A stretch of 64,000 bases of DNA, from contig JBDRAN010000003.1 in the NCBI GenBank assembly GCA_043823745.1, positions 2,958 through 66,957 of the forward strand, given 5' to 3'. Each line of letters opens with the position of its first letter. The first letter of the stretch is position 1. Source of the DNA: Candidatus Omnitrophota bacterium (lineage in GTDB: Bacteria > Omnitrophota > Gorgyraeia > Duberdicusellales > 4484-171). Positions 47,794 to 57,621 of the stretch are shown here, in pieces. The translations under genes were made by a program, and so were the position numbers. The notes below the pieces were generated by a model that did not search any database, was not told the origin of the DNA, and saw only the letters and a list, made by a program, of their open reading frames with translations.

Positions 47794-47991
47794 ATGATTA
47801 AACGCGGACGGCCCAATAAGCCGGTAAAGTATACCAAGACCATCAATGTCCGACTTACCCACGACCAATGGGTTGAGGTGCTTAACTGGTCACAAAAGGC
47901 GCATCTGGAGCCTTCAGTGTATATCAGAAAGATTCTCCTTGATTTCCTGAGCATAAAGGATCAACCCGTTCATACGGTAACCAAGAAATAA
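47794..47991 (+). CDS. ribbon-helix-helix-like small DNA-binding protein
   Basis: AGGAGG SD; RGRP...TINVRLT...PSVYIR. Confidence 0.6.
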   Translation: MIKRGRPNKPVKYTKTINVRLTHDQWVEVLNWSQKAHLEPSVYIRKILLDFLSIKDQPVHTVTKK

Positions 47992-48198
47992 CAAACTCCT
48001 CAAAACCACCATCCCGGGACCCCAATGAAACTTACCCTTTTCTGTCTTAACGAGACAGAAAAGGGTTTAGTTGAATTGTCCCGCCGAGTTCACAAAAATT
48101 ATCGAAGAGATTTTTTGTGTATTAAGACGAGGCGGGATGTCTCTAGCTTTTAATTTAGTTAAATTCTTCTCTCGGCTACAGAGGAGAAAGATAGAAGA

Positions 48199-48230
48199 CC
48201 TGATTGGCTAATCTCAATCAGGGCTTTTTT
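48199..48230 (+). terminator. intrinsic terminator
   Basis: CCTGATTG-N8-CAATCAGG plus T-run. Confidence 0.6.
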
Positions 48231-48634
48231 ATGTCCGAGGGAACTAAAGACTTGGGGTGACAAACGAAAAACTGTGATTCCCCTCTTTAGTCAAGGAGTT
48301 TTTAAGTTAGGGGTAAGCTCTTTGTTGAAACACTTCTGTAAACTATACTAAGATTTCAGCTGATTCATTCTCTGGTGGGCCGAATAAAGTTATTCTAAAC
48401 TCGCCTAGGAGTGGGAGCCACTTTTTAGGGCTAGACTCAACCGTTCAGCCCTTTTATCATCCAATATGATTCCTGTGTCCAAAATTCTGTCTCCAATGGG
48501 TTATTGCATGGCATCAAGGCAAAAGTTTTTCTTGCTTTTTCCACCGTGGAGGCATAGAATTTATTTAATTATATATATGTGTGTAAATATATACTGATTC
48601 GGTGGGAGGATTACGTTATATAAAGGCATCTCCT

Positions 48635-48862
48635 ATGCTTGCAAAAAATATACGCAGAATCAGATTAAGAAAAGGTTTGTCACAGGAAAAGCTGGCTCGG
48701 TTAGCCGATATCGCTCTTAATACATTGGCTAAAATTGAGTCTAGACGGTCGAAGGAACCGACCATCGGTACTATTACAAAAATAGCAAGAGCGTTGGATA
48801 TTTCGCTTGATGAGTTGGTTACAGGGAAGAAATTTGGATCTTCTTCTCAATTAAGCCAGTGA
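48635..48862 (+). CDS. XRE-family HTH regulator
   Basis: R-x-x-KGLSQEKLA...KIE...P-x-x-x-T-x-x-KIA-x-AL. Confidence 0.88.
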   Translation: MLAKNIRRIRLRKGLSQEKLARLADIALNTLAKIESRRSKEPTIGTITKIARALDISLDELVTGKKFGSSSQLSQ

Positions 48863-48868
48863 TCTAAA

Positions 48869-49336
48869 ATGGCAGAATTTATTGATGTGAATACCGGGGA
48901 AGTTGAAGTCTCCTCTCAGCCAGTGGTATTGCGGGCAATGGCAATAGGGTCTTGTGTTGTTGTGGTTGCCTTTGACCGCGGCAGAAAAATGGGCGGCTTG
49001 GCTCATATTATGTTGCCGGGAAGGGCGCCTGAAAGAGAAGACAAAGACAAGGCAAAATACACTGAAGATGCTATTGATGAGCTGCTCATAAAGTTGAAAA
49101 ATCTCGGTGTCAAGAGAGAGGATTTAGAGATAAGCGTTGTTGGCGGGGCAGACCTGCTGGGCGAGAGTTCTATTTCCGAGTTGATTGCGAGTTCTGTTTT
49201 GGATTATTTGAGAAGCTTAGGCATAGAGCCAAGACAACAGAGTTTGGGAGGAACACAGCGCAGAAGCGTATCTTTCGGTATCGGTTCGGGAAAGATACTC
49301 TATACAGAAGGCGACAGCCAAGAAAAAGAATTGTAG
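48869..49336 (+). CDS. cheD: chemoreceptor glutamine deamidase CheD
   Basis: IGSCV (catalytic Cys), GGLAHIMLP (His), VGGA, LGG-x-x-x-R. Confidence 0.9.
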   Translation: MAEFIDVNTGEVEVSSQPVVLRAMAIGSCVVVVAFDRGRKMGGLAHIMLPGRAPEREDKDKAKYTEDAIDELLIKLKNLGVKREDLEISVVGGADLLGESSISELIASSVLDYLRSLGIEPRQQSLGGTQRRSVSFGIGSGKILYTEGDSQEKEL

Positions 49337-49347
49337 GAGAAATCGCC

Positions 49348-50001
49348 ATGAAGAACTATAAGGTTTCAGAGGGATTGGCAATCTTTATAGCCATAGCAGG
49401 CTCACTAGTTATGTTGGGTTGGATTTTTAATATAGGTATTTTAAAAAGCATCTTGCCTGTGTGGGTGACCATGAAGGCCACCACTGCTTTATCTTTTATT
49501 TTAAGCGGTATCACCGTGTATTTCATTGCCAAATCGCAGCAGAAAAGCTCAGGCGCCACGTTGGTAATTCTTCCTATCTCTACAATGCTTCTTCTGCTTT
49601 TAATGGTAACGCATTTGTCGGCAACGTGTTTGGGGCTCAGTTTAGGCCTGGATGGTTTATTCGTCAAAGAGTCAAATGGAGTGGTAATGAGTGTGGCGCC
49701 TGGCAGGCCGTCTCTAGCTACCATGATTGAATTTATTTTAATAGCAGTGGCAGGAGTTTTAACCATGCTTAATCCAGCTAAATTAAAAGCGTGGCTCGTA
49801 TTTTTAGGATGGGTAGTTATGTTTATCGGCAGTATGGCAGTGATAGGCTACATTTTTAGGATACCCGTCCTCTATTATTATATTGAGGGAGTAAGCACGG
49901 CCATGGCCTGTCATACCTCTATTTTGTTTGTGCTGTCAGGCCTTAGTTTGGTTTTCTCAGGAATCAAAAAGCAAGTTGTCTCTCAGGTGAGGGATGACTA
50001 A
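49348..50001 (+). CDS. stand-alone multi-TM sensor-like membrane protein
   Basis: GW-x-x-x-I-x-x-LKS-x-x-P-x-x-x-TMK-x-x-TA...MA-x-HT, a pattern usually N-terminal to kinases/GGDEF proteins. Confidence 0.7.
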   Translation: MKNYKVSEGLAIFIAIAGSLVMLGWIFNIGILKSILPVWVTMKATTALSFILSGITVYFIAKSQQKSSGATLVILPISTMLLLLLMVTHLSATCLGLSLGLDGLFVKESNGVVMSVAPGRPSLATMIEFILIAVAGVLTMLNPAKLKAWLVFLGWVVMFIGSMAVIGYIFRIPVLYYYIEGVSTAMACHTSILFVLSGLSLVFSGIKKQVVSQVRDD

Positions 50002-50191
50002 GTGCTTTTTCTGTAAACTTGCGTTTGAAAAAAACACAAGTTTCTGTTTATTCAGTTTACTCCACTTCGCCTAGATACTGGAAAATTTTCTTCGATAATT
50101 TTCCGGAGCTCAGTGGAGTCAATTCAACTAAGGGCTTTTAAGAGCTGCCTTTGGCAGCCTTAAAGCCCAAGTTTCATTGAGGAGATCGAAT

Positions 50192-53062
50192 ATGCCAATA
50201 AGACGAAGACTGGTTATTCTGTTTTTATTTATAGCAATAATTCCGGTTCTCTTTGTTGGTTTATTAGCCTTCTCTAATACCAAAGATGAATTGCTAATAG
50301 CAAGGAGAGAAAGATTAGGAGTGATTGCGGATTTAAAAGTAGATAAAATTGAGAGTATTTTTGATAATTTAAAAGACAATATGCGGATAGCGCAGGATTA
50401 TCTTAACATTAAAACCAATCTGCCTGTAGTGACAAAGCATTCTCAAGATAGATCGAATCCCGAATATATTAAGACCAAGGCAATGCTTGATGGACAACTG
50501 CACACTTGGTTAACATTCAGAGAAAGCGTGATTGACTTTCTGCTGGTTAGCCCTGAGGGCAAGGTTGTTTATGCCGCTAATGATAGGCATGAAAAAGAAC
50601 ATCTGGACAAGCCTTTGTGGGATCCGGAAGGAGTGGCTTTTGAGGAAGGCAAGAAAGGCATTTATTTAAGCGATGTTTTTAGAACTCTGGACCCTGGCTT
50701 AGGTTATGATTTTGGAATGTTTATTACCGCGCCCGTATATGACTTTGAAAAAAGATTTATTGGAGTCATTGCTTTTGAGGTTAATATGGCGCTGGTGTAC
50801 GATTATATCAAAGGCACAACCGGATTAGGCGAAACCGGTGAAACCCTCATTGTGCAGAAAAGAACCAGCCGCCAGGGTACGCCGGGCTATGAAGGCAGAG
50901 ACGGCGAATACGCATTATTTTTAAATCCCACCCGTTATGACAGTGACGCGGCTTTTAATAAGGTAATTTTTATAGGAGATAATCAAGCGGTACCGGCTCA
51001 GCGGGCAGCCAAGGGTGAAAACGGCCATGGAGTCGCGATTGATTATCGCGGAAAAGAAGCATTGACGAGTTGGCGTTATATTCCTTCTTTAAACTGGGGC
51101 CTGGTAGTAAAAATGGATATGCAGGAAATTTTGGCTCCGATCAATGCTTTAAGAAATTTAATTATTATCATTTGTATAATTGTTGGGGCGATAGTCGGGA
51201 TTATTGCTCTAGTTATCTCAAAGTCAATTTCTGACCCCATACATAGCCTGCACAAAGGGACGGAGATAATCGGAAGCGGCAATTTAGACTATAAAGTAGG
51301 CACAGACGTCAAAGATGAAATCGGTCAGCTCTCCAGGGCTTTTGACCAAATGACAGACAAGTTAAAAGCGCAGATAGAAGAAACAAGAGCGGCAAACCAG
51401 CAGTTGCGCGCCAGTAATCAGCAATTACGTGCCACAGAGCAGCAGCTACGGGCGGGTAATCAACAACTCAGGGCAAGCGAGCAGCAATTACGGGCTAGCG
51501 GACAGCAACTAAGAGCATTAAATGAACAGCTGAGAGCGAGCGAGCAACAGCTTCAAGCTGCAAATCAACAGTTAAGGGCGAATGAACAGCAACTTCGCGC
51601 CGAAATCACCGAGCGCAAGAAGGTAGAAGTGAAAATAAGAGAGGCAGATATTCAGCTGCGCACGGTGTTAGAGACAACCCAAGAAGGAATTACCTTTAGC
51701 GATGAAGCGGGTTATTTTCATATCTACAACAAAGGAATGGAAAATCTCACCGGCTATACCCAAGAAGAGGCCAATAGCTGCGGTGATTTTACCAAGTTCA
51801 TCTATCCTGACCCCCAAGAGCAGGAAAAGGCGTATAGCGGGCTTAGAGAGCTTTTAGAAAAAGGAACCAGCCGCGAGGCAGATGTAACCATTACTACTAA
51901 AGCTCGACAAAAAAAGCATATTCTGATAACCTCAACTATAGTTCTTTACAAAGAGCGTGAGATGTTTTTAAGTACGTATCGCGATATAACCGAGCGCAAG
52001 AAGATGAATGAGCAGTTGTTGGCTTCCGCAGAAGAGTGGAGGACGACATTCGACTCGATTTCCGACATGGTTTCAATCATTGATAGAGATTACAAGATTA
52101 TCAGAGTGAATAAATCTTTTGCTGATAGGCTTAAGATGAAACCAAAAGATATCATTGGCAAAACCTGTTATGAGCTGTTCCATGGAACGAGCGAACCTCT
52201 TCTTGCCTGCCCTCACAAAATTACTTTAGAGACAAAAATGCCGCAACGCAGCGAGTACTTTGAGCCGAATCTTGGCATATACCTAGAAGTAACAACCTCG
52301 CCGATTTTTAATGAAAAAAGCGACATAATTGCTTCCGTCCATATCGCAAGAGATATTTCTCAGCGTAAAAAAATGGAGAAAAACCAACGGCTCGCAGAGC
52401 TGGGTAAGCTTGTGGCTGACATGGCGCACGAGGTAAACAATCCCCTTATGATCATCTCCGGGAATGCCCAGCTTTCCCTGCTTGATGGAACGCTTAATGA
52501 AGAGATTAAGAACAATCTTAAAATTATCCACGAAGAATGCAACAAGGCAAAGGATATTATCCAGAGGCTTCTTAAGTTCTCAAGGCCAAGCAAGGGTGAA
52601 CTAAAGGAAACGGATATCAACCAGAGTATCGAGTCTGTCGCAAAGCTCGTAGAACACCAATTTAGCTTAAGCAATGTAATAATAAAGAAAGACTTAAAGC
52701 TCGGCCTTCCCGCCATTGTAATAGATGAAAAACAGATCCAGGAAGTGCTCATGAACCTGCTTAACAACGCGCGCGATGCTATGCCAGGAGGAGGAACTAT
52801 TGATATAAGCACCTCTTTAGTGCAAGATTTTCTCAGAATAGATATTCAAGATTCAGGCATGGGTATGGACGAAAAGACTCTCTCCAGGATATTTGAACCG
52901 TTCTTTACCACTAAGGAGAAGGGAACAGGCTTGGGGCTTCCTGTATGTTATGGAATCATAAAAGCTCATAACGGAGAATTAAAGCTGGAAAGCCAGCTGG
53001 GCAAGGGTACCACCGCGACGGTACTGTTGCCTATTAGGGGGGGGGTGAAGAGTAATGCCTAA
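50192..53062 (+). CDS. sensor histidine kinase: Cache-HAMP-QQLRA heptad coil-2xPAS-HisKA-HATPase
   Basis: DEIGQL HAMP, DITERK PAS linkers, AHEVNNPL, NLL-x-NA, D-x-G-x-G, GTGLGL. Confidence 0.93.
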   Translation: MPIRRRLVILFLFIAIIPVLFVGLLAFSNTKDELLIARRERLGVIADLKVDKIESIFDNLKDNMRIAQDYLNIKTNLPVVTKHSQDRSNPEYIKTKAMLDGQLHTWLTFRESVIDFLLVSPEGKVVYAANDRHEKEHLDKPLWDPEGVAFEEGKKGIYLSDVFRTLDPGLGYDFGMFITAPVYDFEKRFIGVIAFEVNMALVYDYIKGTTGLGETGETLIVQKRTSRQGTPGYEGRDGEYALFLNPTRYDSDAAFNKVIFIGDNQAVPAQRAAKGENGHGVAIDYRGKEALTSWRYIPSLNWGLVVKMDMQEILAPINALRNLIIIICIIVGAIVGIIALVISKSISDPIHSLHKGTEIIGSGNLDYKVGTDVKDEIGQLSRAFDQMTDKLKAQIEETRAANQQLRASNQQLRATEQQLRAGNQQLRASEQQLRASGQQLRALNEQLRASEQQLQAANQQLRANEQQLRAEITERKKVEVKIREADIQLRTVLETTQEGITFSDEAGYFHIYNKGMENLTGYTQEEANSCGDFTKFIYPDPQEQEKAYSGLRELLEKGTSREADVTITTKARQKKHILITSTIVLYKEREMFLSTYRDITERKKMNEQLLASAEEWRTTFDSISDMVSIIDRDYKIIRVNKSFADRLKMKPKDIIGKTCYELFHGTSEPLLACPHKITLETKMPQRSEYFEPNLGIYLEVTTSPIFNEKSDIIASVHIARDISQRKKMEKNQRLAELGKLVADMAHEVNNPLMIISGNAQLSLLDGTLNEEIKNNLKIIHEECNKAKDIIQRLLKFSRPSKGELKETDINQSIESVAKLVEHQFSLSNVIIKKDLKLGLPAIVIDEKQIQEVLMNLLNNARDAMPGGGTIDISTSLVQDFLRIDIQDSGMGMDEKTLSRIFEPFFTTKEKGTGLGLPVCYGIIKAHNGELKLESQLGKGTTATVLLPIRGGVKSNA
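51377..51607 (+). repeat. 11 in-frame 21-bp heptad repeats, (Q/E)QL(R/Q)A-x-x
   Basis: EETRAAN QQLRASN QQLRATE QQLRAGN QQLRASE QQLRASG QQLRALN EQLRASE QQLQAAN QQLRANE QQLRAEI; synonymous codons vary between units. Confidence 0.95.
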
Positions 53063-53429
53063 GATTTTGGTGGTAGACGACGAAGAGCGGATAGCCGATA
53101 TTATGGAGAAATATCTGTCCATGAACGGGTTTGAGGTCATAAAAGCGATAGGCGGCGAAAAAGCGCTTGAGATCTTGCAATCTGATACCAAAATAGACCT
53201 GATGCTTTTAGATATGAAGATGCCTAAGGTTAACGGCATAGATGTTATACGCAGGGTGAAAGAATTAGGCAAGGGATTTCCTATCCTGCTTCTTACCGGT
53301 TCAATTGACGTGCAGACATATCTCGATGAACCGAAAGACTTAGGATTCAGCGAAGAGGACGTGCTCTATAAACCGGTTGATTTGTCCGTATTGCTGGAAA
53401 AGGTCAAGGAAAGGTTGGGCATTATATAA
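53055..53429 (+). CDS. single-domain response regulator
   Basis: VVDDE, LLD-x-x-MP, LLTG, KP. Confidence 0.9.
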   Translation: MPKILVVDDEERIADIMEKYLSMNGFEVIKAIGGEKALEILQSDTKIDLMLLDMKMPKVNGIDVIRRVKELGKGFPILLLTGSIDVQTYLDEPKDLGFSEEDVLYKPVDLSVLLEKVKERLGII

Positions 53430-53485
53430 AAGCAGCATTACCGGTAAAAAGATGAAGTTTTAGCCGTCTTGTGAGAGCGGGCGCT

Positions 53486-54609
53486 ATGAGCGAAGAACTG
53501 CAAAAAAAGAAAATCCTGATCGCCGATGACGAGGAAAGGGTCGTAAAGATACTTAAGGCCCTATGCGAAAATCTGGGATACGAGACTATCGAGGCAAGAG
53601 ACGGGAAGGAGGCTATTGATATGACATTGAAACAAATACCCGATCTTGTTCTCATGGATGTGGCTATGCCGCAGAAAGATGGATTTGAAGCGACGCGTAT
53701 ACTTAAAGGCAGCGCCCAAACGAAGCATATCCCCGTGCTTATCCTGAGTGCGCGATATTCAAGAGAGGATATCCTGCGCGGCATATCAATAGGCACCGAC
53801 GATTATTTGTTGAAGCCGATAGATTTAGACGAACTTTCCTTGAGGATAAAGAATCATCTCACGATAAAAGAATACCACGATCTCCTTGTGCGGCATAATG
53901 AAATTCTTGAAAAACAAGTTGAAAAAAGAACAAAGGGCCTTATGCGGACCCTGGAAAGACTGGATAAGGCGCATTCCAAGATCAAGGAAAGTTATATAGA
54001 CACAATACAAAAACTCTCCCGCGCCGCAGAATATAAAGACGAAGAGACCGGCGAGCATATAAAGAGGATAGGCCTTTATACGGGCATAATTGCCGAAAAG
54101 ATGGTATGGCTGAGCGGTTCAGGGAGCTTATACGTTATGCTTCTCCTATGCACGACATAGGTAAAGTCGGTGTGCCGGAAAGAATACTGCTTAAGCCCGG
54201 CCCGCTTACGCCTCAGGAGTGGGAGATTATGACCACACATACTACGATCGGAGCCCGCATTTTACACGGCTCAGACTCGCCGTTTTTAAAAATGGCTGAA
54301 GAGATAGCATTATCCCACCATGAAAGATGGATTGGCGGAGGTTATCCTCAAGGGTTAAAGGGCGACAAAATCCCTTTTTCTGCAAGGATAACGAATATAG
54401 CGGACCAGTATGATGCCCTGCGCAGCAGACGGCCATATAAGAGCGCGCTTGGCCACGCAAAAGTTGTTTGCGTACTTACCAAAGGAGATGGCCGGACCAT
54501 GCCTGAACATTTTGACCCTACTGTGCTTGATGTTTTTATAAAAAATGACGGATTATTTGCTGAAGTATTTGAAGATAGCATATCAAAAAAGGGAGATGGC
54601 ATTGCCTAA
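53486..54609 (+). pseudogene. REC + HD-GYP c-di-GMP phosphodiesterase (RpfG-like), frameshifted near 54103
   Basis: upstream frame gives REC...KDEETGEH; downstream frame gives HDIGK, HHERW-x-G-x-GYP; one added G in ATGGTATGG joins them. Confidence 0.8.
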
Positions 54610-54648
54610 AAACAGCGTAGCACAAGAGACAGGAATGAGATCATTATC

Positions 54649-55911
54649 ATGATAGATAATCAGTTACAGGCCGAACTTATACAAAAATACCGGCTGGCCG
54701 GAAGGATCAGGTTCATAAGCTCTTCTCTTCTCTTTGCCTTTCTTTTGCTGATGAAGTTTATGGGCGGCTACTCTTATATTAATCCCGCCCTATCAGCGCT
54801 TATCTTTGTAGAAGCGGCCTTAAATCAACCGTATAACTTCTTTATTAAAAGAGTAAACCTGCATAGATTCAAATACTATCAGATGCTAACCGACATAATA
54901 GCTATCTCCTGGGTATTATACTATATAGGAGGAATTGAAGCGTCTGTAGTGATAATGGCTTATTGTGCGGTTATTCTTTGGGCCGGAGTTGTCTCAAGCA
55001 CCGCGGCAGTCTTTTTTGCCGCAATTGCTTCTTGTTTCTTTTTGTCTTTGGTTGTGCTTTTAAAATATGATATGCCGACACCGCAGGTACTTGGCTTGCT
55101 CATCGGCAACGTATCATTTCTATTTGCATTTGGATATTTCAGCGCACGCTCATCAGCCGCGATAAAGGACCTTCAAAGGAAAAGACAGGAGGAGTCGTTG
55201 CGGTATACCCACAGGCTCTCCACAACAGGGTATCTTGTAGGGAAGACCGCTCATGACATACGGAGCTGTCTTGCCGGCATCAGAGCGAACGTCCAGGTTT
55301 TGCTGAGTTTAGGGAAACAAAATGACGAAGAAAAGAAGTTTTTAAACTCCGTCGAATATTTTGAGAAAAAGGGCGCTGACTTGATCCAGAGGCTCGTCGA
55401 ATTTTCGCAGAAACCAACTGAAGAATATATGACGGTTGATATAAATTCAATTATTGAGGAAGCCTTGAAATTAACAGAGCCGCTGGTGAAATATTCCAAG
55501 ATGACGGTTGAAAAAGAGTTTGAGCAAAGTATTATGCCTAAGATCGCCGCGGACAAGGGCCAGATGCTGGAAGTTTTTGTGGTTTTGATATTAAACTCAT
55601 TAGATTCTATATCGACTAAGCCAAAAGGAGGGATTCTTACTGTAAAGACCAGGCTTTGTAAAGAAAAGGATGTTGTGGAGATTGTCTTTTCTGATACCGG
55701 TATTGGAATACGGCAGGATGATTTGAGGCGGATTGGCGAGCCCTTTTTTAGCACAAAAATACCCGGGGAAAGCTCCGGCTTGGGCATGGCTACCGCCTAC
55801 GACATAATCTCAAGGCACAAAGGGAAGATCGCCGTTAAAAGTATTCCCGGCGAAAGCGCAGTATTTACTATTAGTCTGCCTGTTGAACAATTGACAAAGA
55901 CTACGCTTTAA
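54649..55911 (+). CDS. membrane sensor histidine kinase
   Basis: multi-TM N-terminus; AHDIR H-box, DTG-x-GI, PFFSTK, GLG. Confidence 0.88.
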   Translation: MIDNQLQAELIQKYRLAGRIRFISSSLLFAFLLLMKFMGGYSYINPALSALIFVEAALNQPYNFFIKRVNLHRFKYYQMLTDIIAISWVLYYIGGIEASVVIMAYCAVILWAGVVSSTAAVFFAAIASCFFLSLVVLLKYDMPTPQVLGLLIGNVSFLFAFGYFSARSSAAIKDLQRKRQEESLRYTHRLSTTGYLVGKTAHDIRSCLAGIRANVQVLLSLGKQNDEEKKFLNSVEYFEKKGADLIQRLVEFSQKPTEEYMTVDINSIIEEALKLTEPLVKYSKMTVEKEFEQSIMPKIAADKGQMLEVFVVLILNSLDSISTKPKGGILTVKTRLCKEKDVVEIVFSDTGIGIRQDDLRRIGEPFFSTKIPGESSGLGMATAYDIISRHKGKIAVKSIPGESAVFTISLPVEQLTKTTL

Positions 55912-55972
55912 ACAGAAGCGAAGCGTTAATGTCAAGAGATGAAATACATTTGTAGTATCGAATAGGTTTAGC

Positions 55973-57121
55973 ATGTATAAAATATTAATCGTTGACGATG
56001 GTATAGAGATCAGGAAATTATTAGGCGCCTATTTTGCTAAGGTCGGCTATTCGACCACGACCCTGGAAAGCGCGCTGCTCGGTCTGGATATCCTGTCCAA
56101 AGAGAGTTTCGACGCCCTTATCAGCGATATTGCTATGCCGTTTATGAACGGAGTAGAGTTTGCTAAAAGAGCAAAGAAGCTTTGTCCCAATCTTGCTGTC
56201 CTTTTATTAACGGGATACGGAGCGCTCGACACGGCTCAAGAAGCGATAAGGATAGGCATCAATGATTATTTAACAAAGCCGGTTGATTTGGAAAAGATCA
56301 AAGATTCCGTAGATAAGGCTATAGCTGCTATGAAGGAAAAAAAGCAAAGAGCTGAATATTACAATCAAGTGCTTTATGAGTTCAAGGAGGGCAAAGAAAA
56401 ATTAGCCTCTATGCAATCAGAGTTCATGACTTTAATAAGCCATGAATTAAGAACACCCGTAACGGTATTATCAGATGGTTTTAGTCTTTTAAAAGATTTT
56501 GCCGCTGTTCCTAGTGGCGAAAATGGTAAGACGTTAAGCGAAAAAGATAAGTCCGCAATTTTTTCAGGCATAGAGAGAAGTAACCGCAGGCTGATAAAGA
56601 TTATTGAAGATATAAATTATTACATGGACCTTTGCAGGGGCCATATAGAGTTGAATATGGCAAAGGTGAACGTAAAGAATTTCTTAGAGGAGAATTTTAA
56701 CGCCTTCAAACATGTCGTGCCGGAGAATAAGGCGATTTTGAAAAAAGATTTTGTGGCGGAACATGCGCTCGTTGCTATCGATAAGGATAAATTTTCTGAC
56801 CTATTGGCCCGCATTATACACAACGCAGCGTATCATAACGGCGAGGGGACAGAGATTATTATCAGACTGCGCGAAGAGGGAAAAAATGGGCACTACATGG
56901 CGGCAATTACTATATCCGATAATGGAAACGGCATTGAGAATAACACGTTAGAAAGAATATTCATGCCGTTTGTCGCAGGTGATCTGGCGCATCATCATAA
57001 AGGTCTCGGGTTGGGGCTTGCCATATGTAAAAAAATCATAGATCTGCATAATGGCAACATAACGCTAACGAGTGAGAAAGAAAAAGGCACGAATGTCGTC
57101 ATCACACTTTGTACGGCATAG
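55973..57121 (+). CDS. hybrid REC-histidine kinase
   Basis: REC IVDD/SD/KP; SHELRTP, D-x-G-x-GI, GLGLGL. Confidence 0.9.
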   Translation: MYKILIVDDGIEIRKLLGAYFAKVGYSTTTLESALLGLDILSKESFDALISDIAMPFMNGVEFAKRAKKLCPNLAVLLLTGYGALDTAQEAIRIGINDYLTKPVDLEKIKDSVDKAIAAMKEKKQRAEYYNQVLYEFKEGKEKLASMQSEFMTLISHELRTPVTVLSDGFSLLKDFAAVPSGENGKTLSEKDKSAIFSGIERSNRRLIKIIEDINYYMDLCRGHIELNMAKVNVKNFLEENFNAFKHVVPENKAILKKDFVAEHALVAIDKDKFSDLLARIIHNAAYHNGEGTEIIIRLREEGKNGHYMAAITISDNGNGIENNTLERIFMPFVAGDLAHHHKGLGLGLAICKKIIDLHNGNITLTSEKEKGTNVVITLCTA

Positions 57122-57138
57122 GCTACAGCGTATATCAT

Positions 57139-57621
57139 ATGAATTATAATGACGAAGAACGCCTACAATCGCTTATTATTCGCTACCAACAGAAAGTCTT
57201 TGCATTGGTGTTCTATTTGATAGGCGGCGATCAGGATAAGACTTACGACATTTGCGCATCAAGTTTTGCCGAGGCAGCGCGCGTACGCTCGTCCCTGGAA
57301 CACGAAGAGGCATTTCTAATTACGCTTATAGGTATTGCTATTGAAAGATCCCGCGCCGCGAAAACAATCCCTGTTTCTAATGAGCTTGGCCTGTTGGAGC
57401 TTCCCGATGCGGAAAAAGGACCTCTTCGCATGGTATTAAAGGCCCTTCGGGCATTGGACTTTGACGCAAAGGCGTTAGTGCTTTTACGGGATCAGCTAAA
57501 TCTTTCTTATAGCGAGATCGCAGCAATCATGCGGAGTTCTGAAAGTACTACGAGGCCTAAAGTAACCCAGGCGCGCGCCCGGCTTAGAAAAATGATCGAG
57601 GATACATTGCATTATGCATAA
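57139..57621 (+). CDS. divergent ECF sigma factor
   Basis: region 4 LSYSEIA...ARARLR; atypical region 2; overlaps the anti-sigma gene. Confidence 0.75.
   Translation: MNYNDEERLQSLIIRYQQKVFALVFYLIGGDQDKTYDICASSFAEAARVRSSLEHEEAFLITLIGIAIERSRAAKTIPVSNELGLLELPDAEKGPLRMVLKALRALDFDAKALVLLRDQLNLSYSEIAAIMRSSESTTRPKVTQARARLRKMIEDTLHYA

Noticed and set aside
47640-48600. Prophage or integrase boundary
   Set aside because: Only small RHH/XRE genes and hairpins; no integrase, transposase or att repeat was found by eye.
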